Below, piece by piece: positions 27,101 through 34,903 of a DNA stretch of 43,532 bases (position 1 is its first letter; each line of letters begins with the position of its first letter). A program made the translations under genes and the position numbers. Source of the stretch: a bacterium (GTDB lineage: Bacteria > Actinomycetota > Thermoleophilia > Solirubrobacterales > 70-9); assembly GCA_023251975.1 (NCBI GenBank), contig JAHEXU010000003.1:1-43532 (forward strand), read 5' to 3'. Below the pieces are notes generated by a model. That model was given only the letters and a program-made list of their open reading frames with translations. It did no database searches and had not been told where the DNA came from.

Positions 27101-27280
27101 GATGCAGGCGATCGCCGCCAGGTCGAGCGCGACCTTGAGTCCCTCCAGGCACGGCTCGATGCGATTCCGGACGACATCCAGGCCGAGCAGAAAGCGATCG
27201 AGCGCCGGTACGCCAATCCCACCCACCGGATCTTCCCCGCTGCCGTGACGCTCCTCGTCCCCGAAGGCGCGGCTCTGTGA
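24131..27280 (+). CDS. drmD: SNF2-family helicase, DISARM DrmD-like
   Basis: 1049 aa. Motifs read directly:
- DYQLEPLVRAL
- ADDVGLGKT (GLGKT 24587-24601)
- VVCPASL
- VVDEVHN (DEVH 24920-24931)
- FLSATPHNG
- LLATDAASEGISLQ
- QRNGRVDRHGQ (26000-26032)

First gene of five overlapping genes. Confidence 0.9.
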   Translation: MTSSSAAETTPPAQAPRPGQLARVRGRQWVVADVAADSQAELDGRRVQHLVSLISVEDDATGEQLDVVWEIEPGTQVVERAELPEIAADKVDDPAMLDAFLDAVRWGAVTSADQQALQAPFRSGITIEDYQLEPLVRALRMPRTTLLIADDVGLGKTIETGLVIQELILRHRARTALVVCPASLQVQWRDEMREKFGLEFRIVNRDLLSELRRARGVGANPFAHYPRLIISIDWLKGDLGMRLLREVLPPTPEIPRTYDVLVVDEVHNCAPAGAGGRYARDTLRTAAIRTLAPHCEHRLFLSATPHNGYDNSFAALLELLDPHRFARGIKPTKEATREVTVRRLKSELVNEDGTPRFPKRRIVPLEVEHPESERAVHANLVSYGQVRSARLGGGDPSARTAADFVVTLLKKRLFSSPAAFLRTLEVHRDTLTRERPAAPAPAVKVLRQLFDDADASIDDERDEDGVGEITREAIEAAALTERSRPSAEELALLERMHEWASRAARTEDARTIVLLDWVEGHVKTGSQFTDERVIVFSEYRATQRYLQERLAARGIAGDRVELLDGTTHPEERERIKSQWQEPPTDYPVRVLLATDAASEGISLQKQCHLLAHAEIPWNPNRLEQRNGRVDRHGQPAPEVLVHHCVSQGWQTEGRGSLEGDLDFLARVVQKVEQIREDLGSAGPVIASQVEEAMLGRRTRLDESRFSGAAASRALLTQERRMRERLAHLRDELAGARETLHLHPDRVERVVRTALSLARQPPLDPGKEPGTWIVPAFTGSWNDSTRGLEHPARPEQRRPITFDHELARGRTDLVLAHLGHRLVRMSLGLLRAEVWGAENRLRRVAMRYARRELGGYPVAVAHGRLVVTGEAGHRLHEQLVYAALRLEPTGPQRLSLEEATAALATALEAPVPATLRAQLTPRLADEAGALRSMLTSRAAARAGNLRATLERRAHDERQRVAKTLEELAATIRREALGEDGAQMQLITGLELDAGDRRQVERDLESLQARLDAIPDDIQAEQKAIERRYANPTHRIFPAAVTLLVPEGAAL

Positions 27281-30200
27281 TGGCTCGCCGCCGCGCCAGC
27301 CGCCCCCCGATCGACCGCCACCACGCCGAGTGGCTTTCGCTCGTCGAGACCAGCGGTCCCTTCCTCTCGGTACCCGCGCTCAAGCGCGCCATGCCGGACG
27401 GGCTTGACGCACTGCCGACCAGCATGCCCGAGCTGCGGATGGCCCACACCGAGTGGCTCGACGACCCTGGCCTGCAGGGGCGCTGGGTGCGCTTCGTTCT
27501 CGACCACGTCCTCGGCCTCGCTCACGCCACGCACGATGCGACCGACGCCGATCCCTCACACCGCATCGCCGAGCACGGTGTCGCGCTGCGCCCCACGCAC
27601 GTCGTGGCCGATGCGGGCAAGCCCGTGCTGCTGGTCCATGAACTGCCGCCGGGCGCTCCTCTCCACATCCCGCTCGGAGGCGACGGCTGGACGGCGAGCC
27701 CGCTCGACCGCGCCGCAGAGCTTGCCCGTGCGTCCGCGGTTTCGCTCGCACTGGTAACCAATGGCGCCCGCTGGACGCTCGTCTGGGCTCGCCGCGGCGA
27801 GCCCACCGGTATGTGCACTTGGCGCTCGGATATCTGGCTCGAGGAACCAATCACCCTGAGGGCGTTCGTCAGTTTGCTCGGCGCGCAGCGGTTCTTCGTC
27901 CTTCCCCGCGAGCAAGGCCTTGCAGTCCTTCTGGACGAAAGCGCCGGCAAGCAGCAGGAGGTCGCCGACCAGCTCGGCGCTCAGGTGCGCCACGCCACCG
28001 AGCTGCTGATCGCCACACTCGACCGCGAGGATCGCACCCGCCAAGGCGAGCTCCTGATGGAGTTCGAGGGCGCCGAGGTCTATCGCGGCGCTGTCACCGT
28101 GATGATGCGGCTCGTCTTCTTGTTCGTTGCCGAGGAGCGGCGCCTGCTCCCGCTCGACGACCCGCTCTACTCAGAAACTCTCGCCGCCTCGACCCTGCGC
28201 ACCCAGCTTCGCGAGCGCGCCGACCGCTTCGGCGAGGAAGTTCTCGAAAGTTCTCAGGCCGCCTGGCACCGCGTCCTCGCGCTGTTTCGGGCCGTGCATG
28301 GGGGTATCGAGCACGACGCGCTGCGCCTGCCCGCCTACGGGGGCGGACTCTTCGACCCCGATCGATACCCGTTCCTCGAAGGACGCCGGCCCGACACGTC
28401 ATGGGGTGCATCTGCAGCGGAGCCGCTGCCCGTCGACGACCGCACGATGCTGCACTTGCTCGATGCGCTCCAGACGCTGCGTCAGGGCCACGTCGCGGTC
28501 CTGCTCTCCTACCGCTCACTCGACGTTGAGCAGATCGGCCACGTCTACGAAGGCCTGCTCGACCACACCGCCGTGCGCATCACCGACGCGGCGCTCGGGC
28601 TGATCGGCAACGCGGAGGCCGAGGTCACGATCAGCGACCTCGAGCAGTGGCGCGCCGAGGGTGACGGCGACTTTGTTGCCCGGCTCGGCGAGAAGGACAT
28701 CGGCATCACACTCGCGAAGGCAACCAAGGCGCTTGGCGCCGAGCCCTCGCCGGAGACCGTCAGCCGGGTGCGGGCGCTGTGCGCGGGCGAGCGCGGGCTC
28801 GCCGAGCGGGTGCTTCCGCTTCTCGGACTGGTCCGCCTCGACTTGCGCGGCGACCCGGTCGTCTTGCTCGCCGGCTCGCTGTACGTGACCCAGGCGCTCG
28901 ACCGCCGGGCATCGGGCACCTACTACACGCCGCGGTCATTGGCCGAGGAGGTCGTGCAGCACGCGCTCGACCCCGTGGCCTACGAGCCGGGGCCAGCGCA
29001 GGAGGCCGACCCGGAGAGGTGGCAGCTCAAGCCGTCCGCCGCGCTACTCGACCTCAAGATCGCCGACATCGCGATGGGCTCGGGGGCGTTCCTCGTCGCC
29101 GCATGCCGCTACCTCGCTTCGCGCCTGCAGGAGGCATGGGATGCCGAGCAGGCGACCGAGGCCGCCGGGACACCGGTGCCCGCCGACCCGCTCGAGCGCG
29201 ACCAGCTCGCCCACCGGCTCGTAGCCGAGCGTTGCCTGTACGGCGTCGATAAGAACCCGATGGCCGTCGAGATGGCCAAGCTCTCCCTCTGGCTCATCAC
29301 CCTCGCCAAGGATCGCCCGTTCTCGTTCGTCGACCATGCATTGCGCGCCGGTGACTCGCTGCTTGGCGTCACTAGCTCCCAGCAACTCAAGGTCATGCAC
29401 ATGGACCCGAAGTGGCACCGGCAATCGACGCTCGAACTCGGGTTCGGCGAGGTCGAGGCCGCCGTCGACCGCGCGCTGGAAGTGCGGCTCAAGCTCGAGG
29501 CTTTCGTCGTGCGTGACGTGCTCGACGCCGAGCGCAAGGCGACGCTGCTAGCTGAGGCCGACGCGGCGCTTGACGACGCGCGGCTGCTCGGCGACCTGGT
29601 CGTCGGAGCGGCGCTGTCACAGCAGCACGACAGCGACCCGCTCTTGGCGACAGCGCTTGCTCCGAGTGTACGGACGATGGTCGATACCACGGCGAGCTAC
29701 ACGGAGCGCCTGGTGGCCACCTCGGAGCCGGTCAGGCTGGCCCAGGATTGGCTCATAGAGCGGCGGACCGCAGTCGGCGAGGTCGATGCCGTCGAGTGGG
29801 CGGACCGCGATCCGTTTCACTGGGCACTGGAGTTCCCGGAGGTTCAGCAGCACGGGGGATTCGACGCGATCGTGGGAAATCCGCCGTTCCAGGGTGGTCG
29901 GAAGATCAGTCCGGCGCTCGGCCACGGCTACCGGCGGTTTCTCGTTAACTGGATTGCCGGTGGCGCGACCGGGGGCGCCGACCTGGTGGTCTACTTTTTC
30001 TTACGGGCTTCTGAGCTGCTTCGGCGTAACGGCGGGTTCGGCCTGATCGCGACAAACACGATCGCGCAGGGCGACACACGCGAGGTCGGCCTCGACCAGC
30101 TCGCCGAGCGGCTGACGATCCATCGGGCGATCGCCAGCGAACCGTGGCCCGGCGGCGCGAACCTCGAAATGGCGACGGTGTGGGCCACCCACAGCCGTTG

Positions 30201-31308
30201 GGATGGTCTGCGCTGGCTCGATCGGGTCCAAGTTCTCGCGATCACGCCGAGCCTGAACGCGGCCAGCAGAGTGTCCGGGAATGCCCATCGGCTGGCGGCG
30301 ACATCGGGCCAGTCGTTCCAGGGCTCCATCGCGCTCGGCATGGGCTTCGTTCTCTCCCCGGCCGAGGCCGCCGCGATGATCGATGCGGACCCGCGCAACA
30401 TCGATGTCGTCCGTCCCTACCTTGTGGGCGAGGACCTGAACTCCCGCCCCGATGGGTCGCCGTCGCGGTGGATTATCGACCTCGGCGAGCGCGATCATGG
30501 AACCGCGCGCGACTACGTCCAGCCGTACAGGCACATCGAAGAGCATGTGCTTCCAGGGCGGCGGACGAAGGATTCGGCCAAGTACCCAAGGATGGTCCAC
30601 GAGTGGTGGAAGTTCTGGAACGCGCGTGCAGGACTCTACGCCGCCATTGCCCGCCTCGACCGCTGCATCGTGATCACGCGCGTAAGCAAGGTTGTGCAGC
30701 CGATGTTCGTGCCGACGGATATTGTGATTTCCGAGGCGACCTGCGTCTTCGCCTACGACGACGACGCCCACTTCGGACTGCTCTCCAGTGGCTTCCACTG
30801 GTGGTGGACGGTCACGCGCGCGTCGACGATGCGGACCGACATCCGCTACACCCCGACCGACTGCTTCGAGACCTTCGTTCAGCCGTCCCTCAACGACGAG
30901 ATTGGTCGCCTCGGCGGCGAGCTCCACGCCCACCGCAGCGCGCTGATGCTCGGTCGTCAGGAGGGCCTTACCAAGACCTACAACCGCGTCCACAACCCGG
31001 ACGAGCGCGCTGGCGACATCGCACGATTACGCGAGATCCACGTCGAACTTGACCACGCGGTCCGCGACGCCTACGGCTGGAGCGACCTCGATCTCGGCCA
31101 CGACTTCCACGAGACCAAGCACGGGACCCGCTTCACCTTCGCGCCAACGCCGCGACAGGAGGTGCTCGACCGGCTGCTCGAGCTCAATCACGAGCGGTAC
31201 GCCGACGAGGTGCGCCGCGGACTGCACGATAAGGGGAAGGCTCGCGGGCGCAAGAAGGCGAAGCCCGCGCCCGCCGGAACCATGACACTAGACTTCGGCG
31301 ATGGCTGA
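27277..31308 (+). CDS. drmMI: large N6-adenine DNA methyltransferase (Eco57I/MmeI-like core), DISARM DrmMI-like
   Basis: 1343 aa. Gamma-class motif order:
- YYTPRSL (28921-)
- DIAMGSGAFLVAA (29065-29100)
- LYGVDKNPMAVEMAKLSLWL
- VGNPPFQGG (NPPF 29878-29889)

The C-terminal HFGLLSSGFHWWW...IRYTPTDCFETFVQP block is reminiscent of MmeI/PglX-type enzymes. The start overlaps the drmD stop. Confidence 0.9.
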   Translation: MMARRRASRPPIDRHHAEWLSLVETSGPFLSVPALKRAMPDGLDALPTSMPELRMAHTEWLDDPGLQGRWVRFVLDHVLGLAHATHDATDADPSHRIAEHGVALRPTHVVADAGKPVLLVHELPPGAPLHIPLGGDGWTASPLDRAAELARASAVSLALVTNGARWTLVWARRGEPTGMCTWRSDIWLEEPITLRAFVSLLGAQRFFVLPREQGLAVLLDESAGKQQEVADQLGAQVRHATELLIATLDREDRTRQGELLMEFEGAEVYRGAVTVMMRLVFLFVAEERRLLPLDDPLYSETLAASTLRTQLRERADRFGEEVLESSQAAWHRVLALFRAVHGGIEHDALRLPAYGGGLFDPDRYPFLEGRRPDTSWGASAAEPLPVDDRTMLHLLDALQTLRQGHVAVLLSYRSLDVEQIGHVYEGLLDHTAVRITDAALGLIGNAEAEVTISDLEQWRAEGDGDFVARLGEKDIGITLAKATKALGAEPSPETVSRVRALCAGERGLAERVLPLLGLVRLDLRGDPVVLLAGSLYVTQALDRRASGTYYTPRSLAEEVVQHALDPVAYEPGPAQEADPERWQLKPSAALLDLKIADIAMGSGAFLVAACRYLASRLQEAWDAEQATEAAGTPVPADPLERDQLAHRLVAERCLYGVDKNPMAVEMAKLSLWLITLAKDRPFSFVDHALRAGDSLLGVTSSQQLKVMHMDPKWHRQSTLELGFGEVEAAVDRALEVRLKLEAFVVRDVLDAERKATLLAEADAALDDARLLGDLVVGAALSQQHDSDPLLATALAPSVRTMVDTTASYTERLVATSEPVRLAQDWLIERRTAVGEVDAVEWADRDPFHWALEFPEVQQHGGFDAIVGNPPFQGGRKISPALGHGYRRFLVNWIAGGATGGADLVVYFFLRASELLRRNGGFGLIATNTIAQGDTREVGLDQLAERLTIHRAIASEPWPGGANLEMATVWATHSRWDGLRWLDRVQVLAITPSLNAASRVSGNAHRLAATSGQSFQGSIALGMGFVLSPAEAAAMIDADPRNIDVVRPYLVGEDLNSRPDGSPSRWIIDLGERDHGTARDYVQPYRHIEEHVLPGRRTKDSAKYPRMVHEWWKFWNARAGLYAAIARLDRCIVITRVSKVVQPMFVPTDIVISEATCVFAYDDDAHFGLLSSGFHWWWTVTRASTMRTDIRYTPTDCFETFVQPSLNDEIGRLGGELHAHRSALMLGRQEGLTKTYNRVHNPDERAGDIARLREIHVELDHAVRDAYGWSDLDLGHDFHETKHGTRFTFAPTPRQEVLDRLLELNHERYADEVRRGLHDKGKARGRKKAKPAPAGTMTLDFGDG

Positions 31309-34300
31309 ATCGGTGCTGCAGCGCTCGCCGCGTGAGCTGCGCGACGAGGTCGAGGCGCTGATGCGCGATGACCTGATCGGCCCGGCCGGCGGCCCCGACG
31401 AGGAGCTGCTTGAGGCGCCGGTCGATCGCTACCTGCTCGGCCTGCTCGCTCCCCGTCGCGACGGGCTCCCGCGTGAGACCAGGTTGGGGGCGGGGGAGGA
31501 TCCGGACGAGTCGGGCGCCGCGTTCGAAGCGCTGCCCGAGGATGACCTCGCGGCCGCCGTGGCGTCGGCCGACACCGGTGAGGAGGGACACGCAGACGAC
31601 CGACCGCCCGCCGTCGAGCAGCTCGTCCCCTCCGCGTTCGGCATGACCTTCGCCCTCGACCCCGACTGCACCGAGCTCGAGGTGTCCGCCCGCTGGGGTG
31701 CCTACACCCGCCGGGCGAGCGACGAGAAAGTCGATGCTGGCGGCAATCCATCCCGCGTCTGGAGTCGACGGGAGTGCGCCGGTGCCCGGACCCGCCCCGT
31801 CAATGGACCGGGCACGATCCCCGAGTTCGCGCCCGACCCTGACGAGCCCGAGGTGACCGTTCGGGGGCTGATACGCGACCGTGACGGACACCGTCTCGTG
31901 TCGCTCTTCCTCGTCAACAACCAAGTTGCGGACGGGGGTCGCTCCGTGTCGAAATGGCTGTGCCAGGCCGAGCTGTCGGTTGGAGGTCCCACGGGCGAAG
32001 CGGTGTTCGTCCGTCGTGAGCTCGACACGATCGGGCTCGCTCCGGCGATCGACCGTACCGAGCTGGCAGGCCTGGAGATGCAGTACCGCGGTGCGATCGA
32101 GCTCGCTGTCGGCCACGGGGTCGCCGTCGACGCCGAGACGGCACCGGGCCAGCCTGATCGCGGTGTACGCATCACGACGACCGCGATGCCTGCGGCTGAG
32201 GTTCCCCGGACCGATGCACCCGAACCGGTCGACTTCGACAACGACACGATCCGCGGACCGTTCACGCTGGCCCGCGAGGCGCTCGACATGCGCACTCTCG
32301 CGGGCGCGGAGGGTGCTGAGCTCGACGGCCTTCTGCGCCCGTTGGTCGACGCCTACGAGGCATGGATCGCCAGCGAACGCGCTCGGGTGGCCGACCCGTC
32401 CGCGCGTCTGGGCGGTCACGAGGACCCAGCAGCCGCTCATCTCGAGGCGGCCGCCGCTGCTGCCGCCCGGATCAGGTTGGGGATCGAGCGTCTAGGGGAC
32501 GCCGACGTCGCCGAAGCGTTTCGTTTCGCCAACCACGCGATGTGGCAGCAGCGCGTCCACACACTTGCATCCGAGGCGCGGCGCAAGCAGCCGCAGTTGA
32601 AACTGCACGAGGCGGTCGGGCAGGTCGACGTTCCGGAGAACCGGTCGTGGCGGCCCTTCCAGCTCGCGTTCGTGCTGCTCAACCTCCCCGCCCTCGCCGA
32701 CCCGACGCATGAGGAGCGCTCCGAGGACGCGGCACTGGTCGACCTCCTCTTCTTCCCCACGGGCGGCGGCAAGACCGAGGCCTACCTCGGGCTGACCGCC
32801 TTCGCGATCGCGATCCGCCGGCTCCAGGGCGAGGTCGGCGGCCGCGACGGCCGCGACGGCGTTGCGGTGCTGATGCGCTACACGCTGCGGCTGCTCACCC
32901 TCCAGCAGTTCCAGCGCGCTGCCGCGCTGCTGTGTGCTTGCGAGCTGCGCCGACGCCAGCTTTACGGCGACGGGGCGAGGGCTGAGCAGCGTCGCTGGGG
33001 GACGACCCCGATGCGGATCGGGCTGTGGGTCGGCCAGAAGTCGACACCGGGTAGCACCGAAGAGTCCGCCGCGTGGCTGCAGCAGGCGAAGAACCGTGGT
33101 TCGACGCGCGGCTCGTCGCCGGCGCAGCTCTCGCGCTGTCCCTGGTGCGGTGAGGAGCTGCGCCCGGCCAGCTCGATCCGTGTCGAGGGCAAGCTCGGGC
33201 GAACGCTGCTGACCTGCACCGACACGACGGGCGAGTGTCCGTTCACGCTGCGCAACAGCGGCGGAGAGGGACTACCCGCGGTCGTCGTCGATGAGGAGAT
33301 CTACCGGCTGCTCCCGGCGCTCGTTATCGCCACGGTCGACAAGTTCGCGCGAATGCCATGGGAGGGCCGCACCCAGGCGCTCTTTGGACAGGTCGAGCGG
33401 CGTTGCGAGCGCCACGGATTCCTCACCGCCAGCGAGCGCGGGCACCCGAACAGCCACCCCAAGCGCGGTGATGAGCCTGCTGCGACGGTCGTGTCGGCCG
33501 AGCCGCTGCGCCCGCCAGACCTGATCATCCAGGACGAGCTGCACCTGATCAGCGGCCCACTCGGGAGCCTTGTCGGTCTGTACGAGACAGCGATCGACGA
33601 GCTCTGCTCGTGGGATCTCGACGGAACCCGCGTACGCCCGAAGGTCATCGCATCGACGGCGACGATTCGCCGCGCCGAGGATCAGGTACGTCGGCTCTTC
33701 GACCGAGGGCTGGCGGTGTTCCCGCCGCCGGGGCTCGACGCGCGCGACTCGTTCTTCGCGCTGCAGCGCGACGCGCCCGAGGATCAGGAGGGGCGTCCCG
33801 GGCGGCGCTACCTCGGGGTGTGCGCGCCGGGCCGCCGCTACAAGCAGGTGCTGATCCGCGTCTACGTTGCGCAGCTCCGGGCCGCGTGGACGGTGCTTGG
33901 TCGCCAGCCTGGTGAGGCTGCCGATGCATATATGACGCTCGTCGGCTATTTCAACTCGCTGCGCGAGCTCGGCGGAATGCGTCGTCTCGTCGAGGACGAC
34001 GTGCAGAGCCGCCTGTTCCGCAAGGACGTCAACAACCGGGGGCGCCTGCAGATCGAGGAACTCACCTCCCGCAAGACCGCGAGCGACATTCCCGAGACGC
34101 TCGACCGGCTCGGGATTCAGCGGCTCACGGCGGAGAAGCGAAAGCCGCGCAAGGACGGCAAGATCGACACTCCGTCGATCGACGTTCTGCTCGCAACGAA
34201 CATGATCTCCGTCGGCGTCGACGTATCCCGCCTCGGAACGATGGTCGTCGCCGGCCAGCCGAAGAGCACCAGCGAGTACATCCAGGCGACCAGTCGCGTC

Positions 34301-34903
34301 GGCCGCCGGTTCCCCGGCCTCGTACTCACCGTATACAACTGGGCGCGGCCGCGCGACCTGTCGCACTACGAGACGTTCGGACACTACCACCGCACCCTCT
34401 ACCGCCAGGTCGAGGCGCTTTCGATCACTCCGTTCGCCGCACGTGCGATCGATCGCGGGCTGACGGGTGTCCTTGCCTCGCTGATCCGCCTGAACGGCAT
34501 GCGTCTAAATCCCAACGACGGTGCCGGTGAACTCGACGCTGCCGACGAGCGCGCCCGCCGAGCCGTCGAAGTCCTGCGCGACCGTGCCGACGACCAGCTA
34601 GGCGAAGCCGGCGCGGCGCAACTCGCCGAACTCGTTGTGGCTCGCCTACAGGAGTGGGAATCGCTCGCCAAGGTCGGTCAGCGCAACCTCGTCTACCGCC
34701 GCGTCGGCAAGCAGGAGGCTGCGGTCCCGTTGCTCGAGGAGCCCGGCGCCGAGGGGTGGTCGCGCTGGACCGTGCCCACCTCGCTGCGAAATGTCGAGGC
34801 GCCGGTGCCCCTCGCGCTGCGCGAGGGCGCCATCACGCCAGCGGGCGAGGGCTGGGACGCGCCCGAGAAGCCCGCGCCGAAGCCCAAGAGGGAGAACCCG
34901 TGA
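31301..34903 (+). CDS. drmA: large superfamily 2 helicase, DISARM DrmA-like
   Basis: 1200 aa. Motifs:
- FFPTGGGKTEAYLG (GGGKT 32762-32776)
- IIQDELHLISG (DELH 33533-33544)
- IASTATIRRAE
- LLATNMISVGVDV
- YIQATSRVGRR

A Cys4 ribbon, CPWC...CTDTTGEC, lies between motifs I and II. 8-nt overlap with drmMI. Confidence 0.9.
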   Translation: MAESVLQRSPRELRDEVEALMRDDLIGPAGGPDEELLEAPVDRYLLGLLAPRRDGLPRETRLGAGEDPDESGAAFEALPEDDLAAAVASADTGEEGHADDRPPAVEQLVPSAFGMTFALDPDCTELEVSARWGAYTRRASDEKVDAGGNPSRVWSRRECAGARTRPVNGPGTIPEFAPDPDEPEVTVRGLIRDRDGHRLVSLFLVNNQVADGGRSVSKWLCQAELSVGGPTGEAVFVRRELDTIGLAPAIDRTELAGLEMQYRGAIELAVGHGVAVDAETAPGQPDRGVRITTTAMPAAEVPRTDAPEPVDFDNDTIRGPFTLAREALDMRTLAGAEGAELDGLLRPLVDAYEAWIASERARVADPSARLGGHEDPAAAHLEAAAAAAARIRLGIERLGDADVAEAFRFANHAMWQQRVHTLASEARRKQPQLKLHEAVGQVDVPENRSWRPFQLAFVLLNLPALADPTHEERSEDAALVDLLFFPTGGGKTEAYLGLTAFAIAIRRLQGEVGGRDGRDGVAVLMRYTLRLLTLQQFQRAAALLCACELRRRQLYGDGARAEQRRWGTTPMRIGLWVGQKSTPGSTEESAAWLQQAKNRGSTRGSSPAQLSRCPWCGEELRPASSIRVEGKLGRTLLTCTDTTGECPFTLRNSGGEGLPAVVVDEEIYRLLPALVIATVDKFARMPWEGRTQALFGQVERRCERHGFLTASERGHPNSHPKRGDEPAATVVSAEPLRPPDLIIQDELHLISGPLGSLVGLYETAIDELCSWDLDGTRVRPKVIASTATIRRAEDQVRRLFDRGLAVFPPPGLDARDSFFALQRDAPEDQEGRPGRRYLGVCAPGRRYKQVLIRVYVAQLRAAWTVLGRQPGEAADAYMTLVGYFNSLRELGGMRRLVEDDVQSRLFRKDVNNRGRLQIEELTSRKTASDIPETLDRLGIQRLTAEKRKPRKDGKIDTPSIDVLLATNMISVGVDVSRLGTMVVAGQPKSTSEYIQATSRVGRRFPGLVLTVYNWARPRDLSHYETFGHYHRTLYRQVEALSITPFAARAIDRGLTGVLASLIRLNGMRLNPNDGAGELDAADERARRAVEVLRDRADDQLGEAGAAQLAELVVARLQEWESLAKVGQRNLVYRRVGKQEAAVPLLEEPGAEGWSRWTVPTSLRNVEAPVPLALREGAITPAGEGWDAPEKPAPKPKRENP

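Noticed and set aside
25496-34390. Large minus-strand ORFs inside the DISARM genes (25496-26356, 26393-27226, 30001-30993, 31184-32440, 33272-34390)
   Set aside because: Each lies antisense to a plus-strand ORF with clear helicase or methylase motifs. Their translations are Arg/Pro/Gly-rich without motifs. They were treated as GC-driven shadow ORFs, not antisense genes.
34654-34899. Upstream extension of the DUF1998 ORF (track start 34654)
   Set aside because: The extension overlaps the drmA 3' end in another frame and translates to Arg/Ala-rich sequence. The GTG at 34900 forms a GTGA junction with the drmA stop and is followed at once by the conserved-looking LRPSQLLHTFGVGS.
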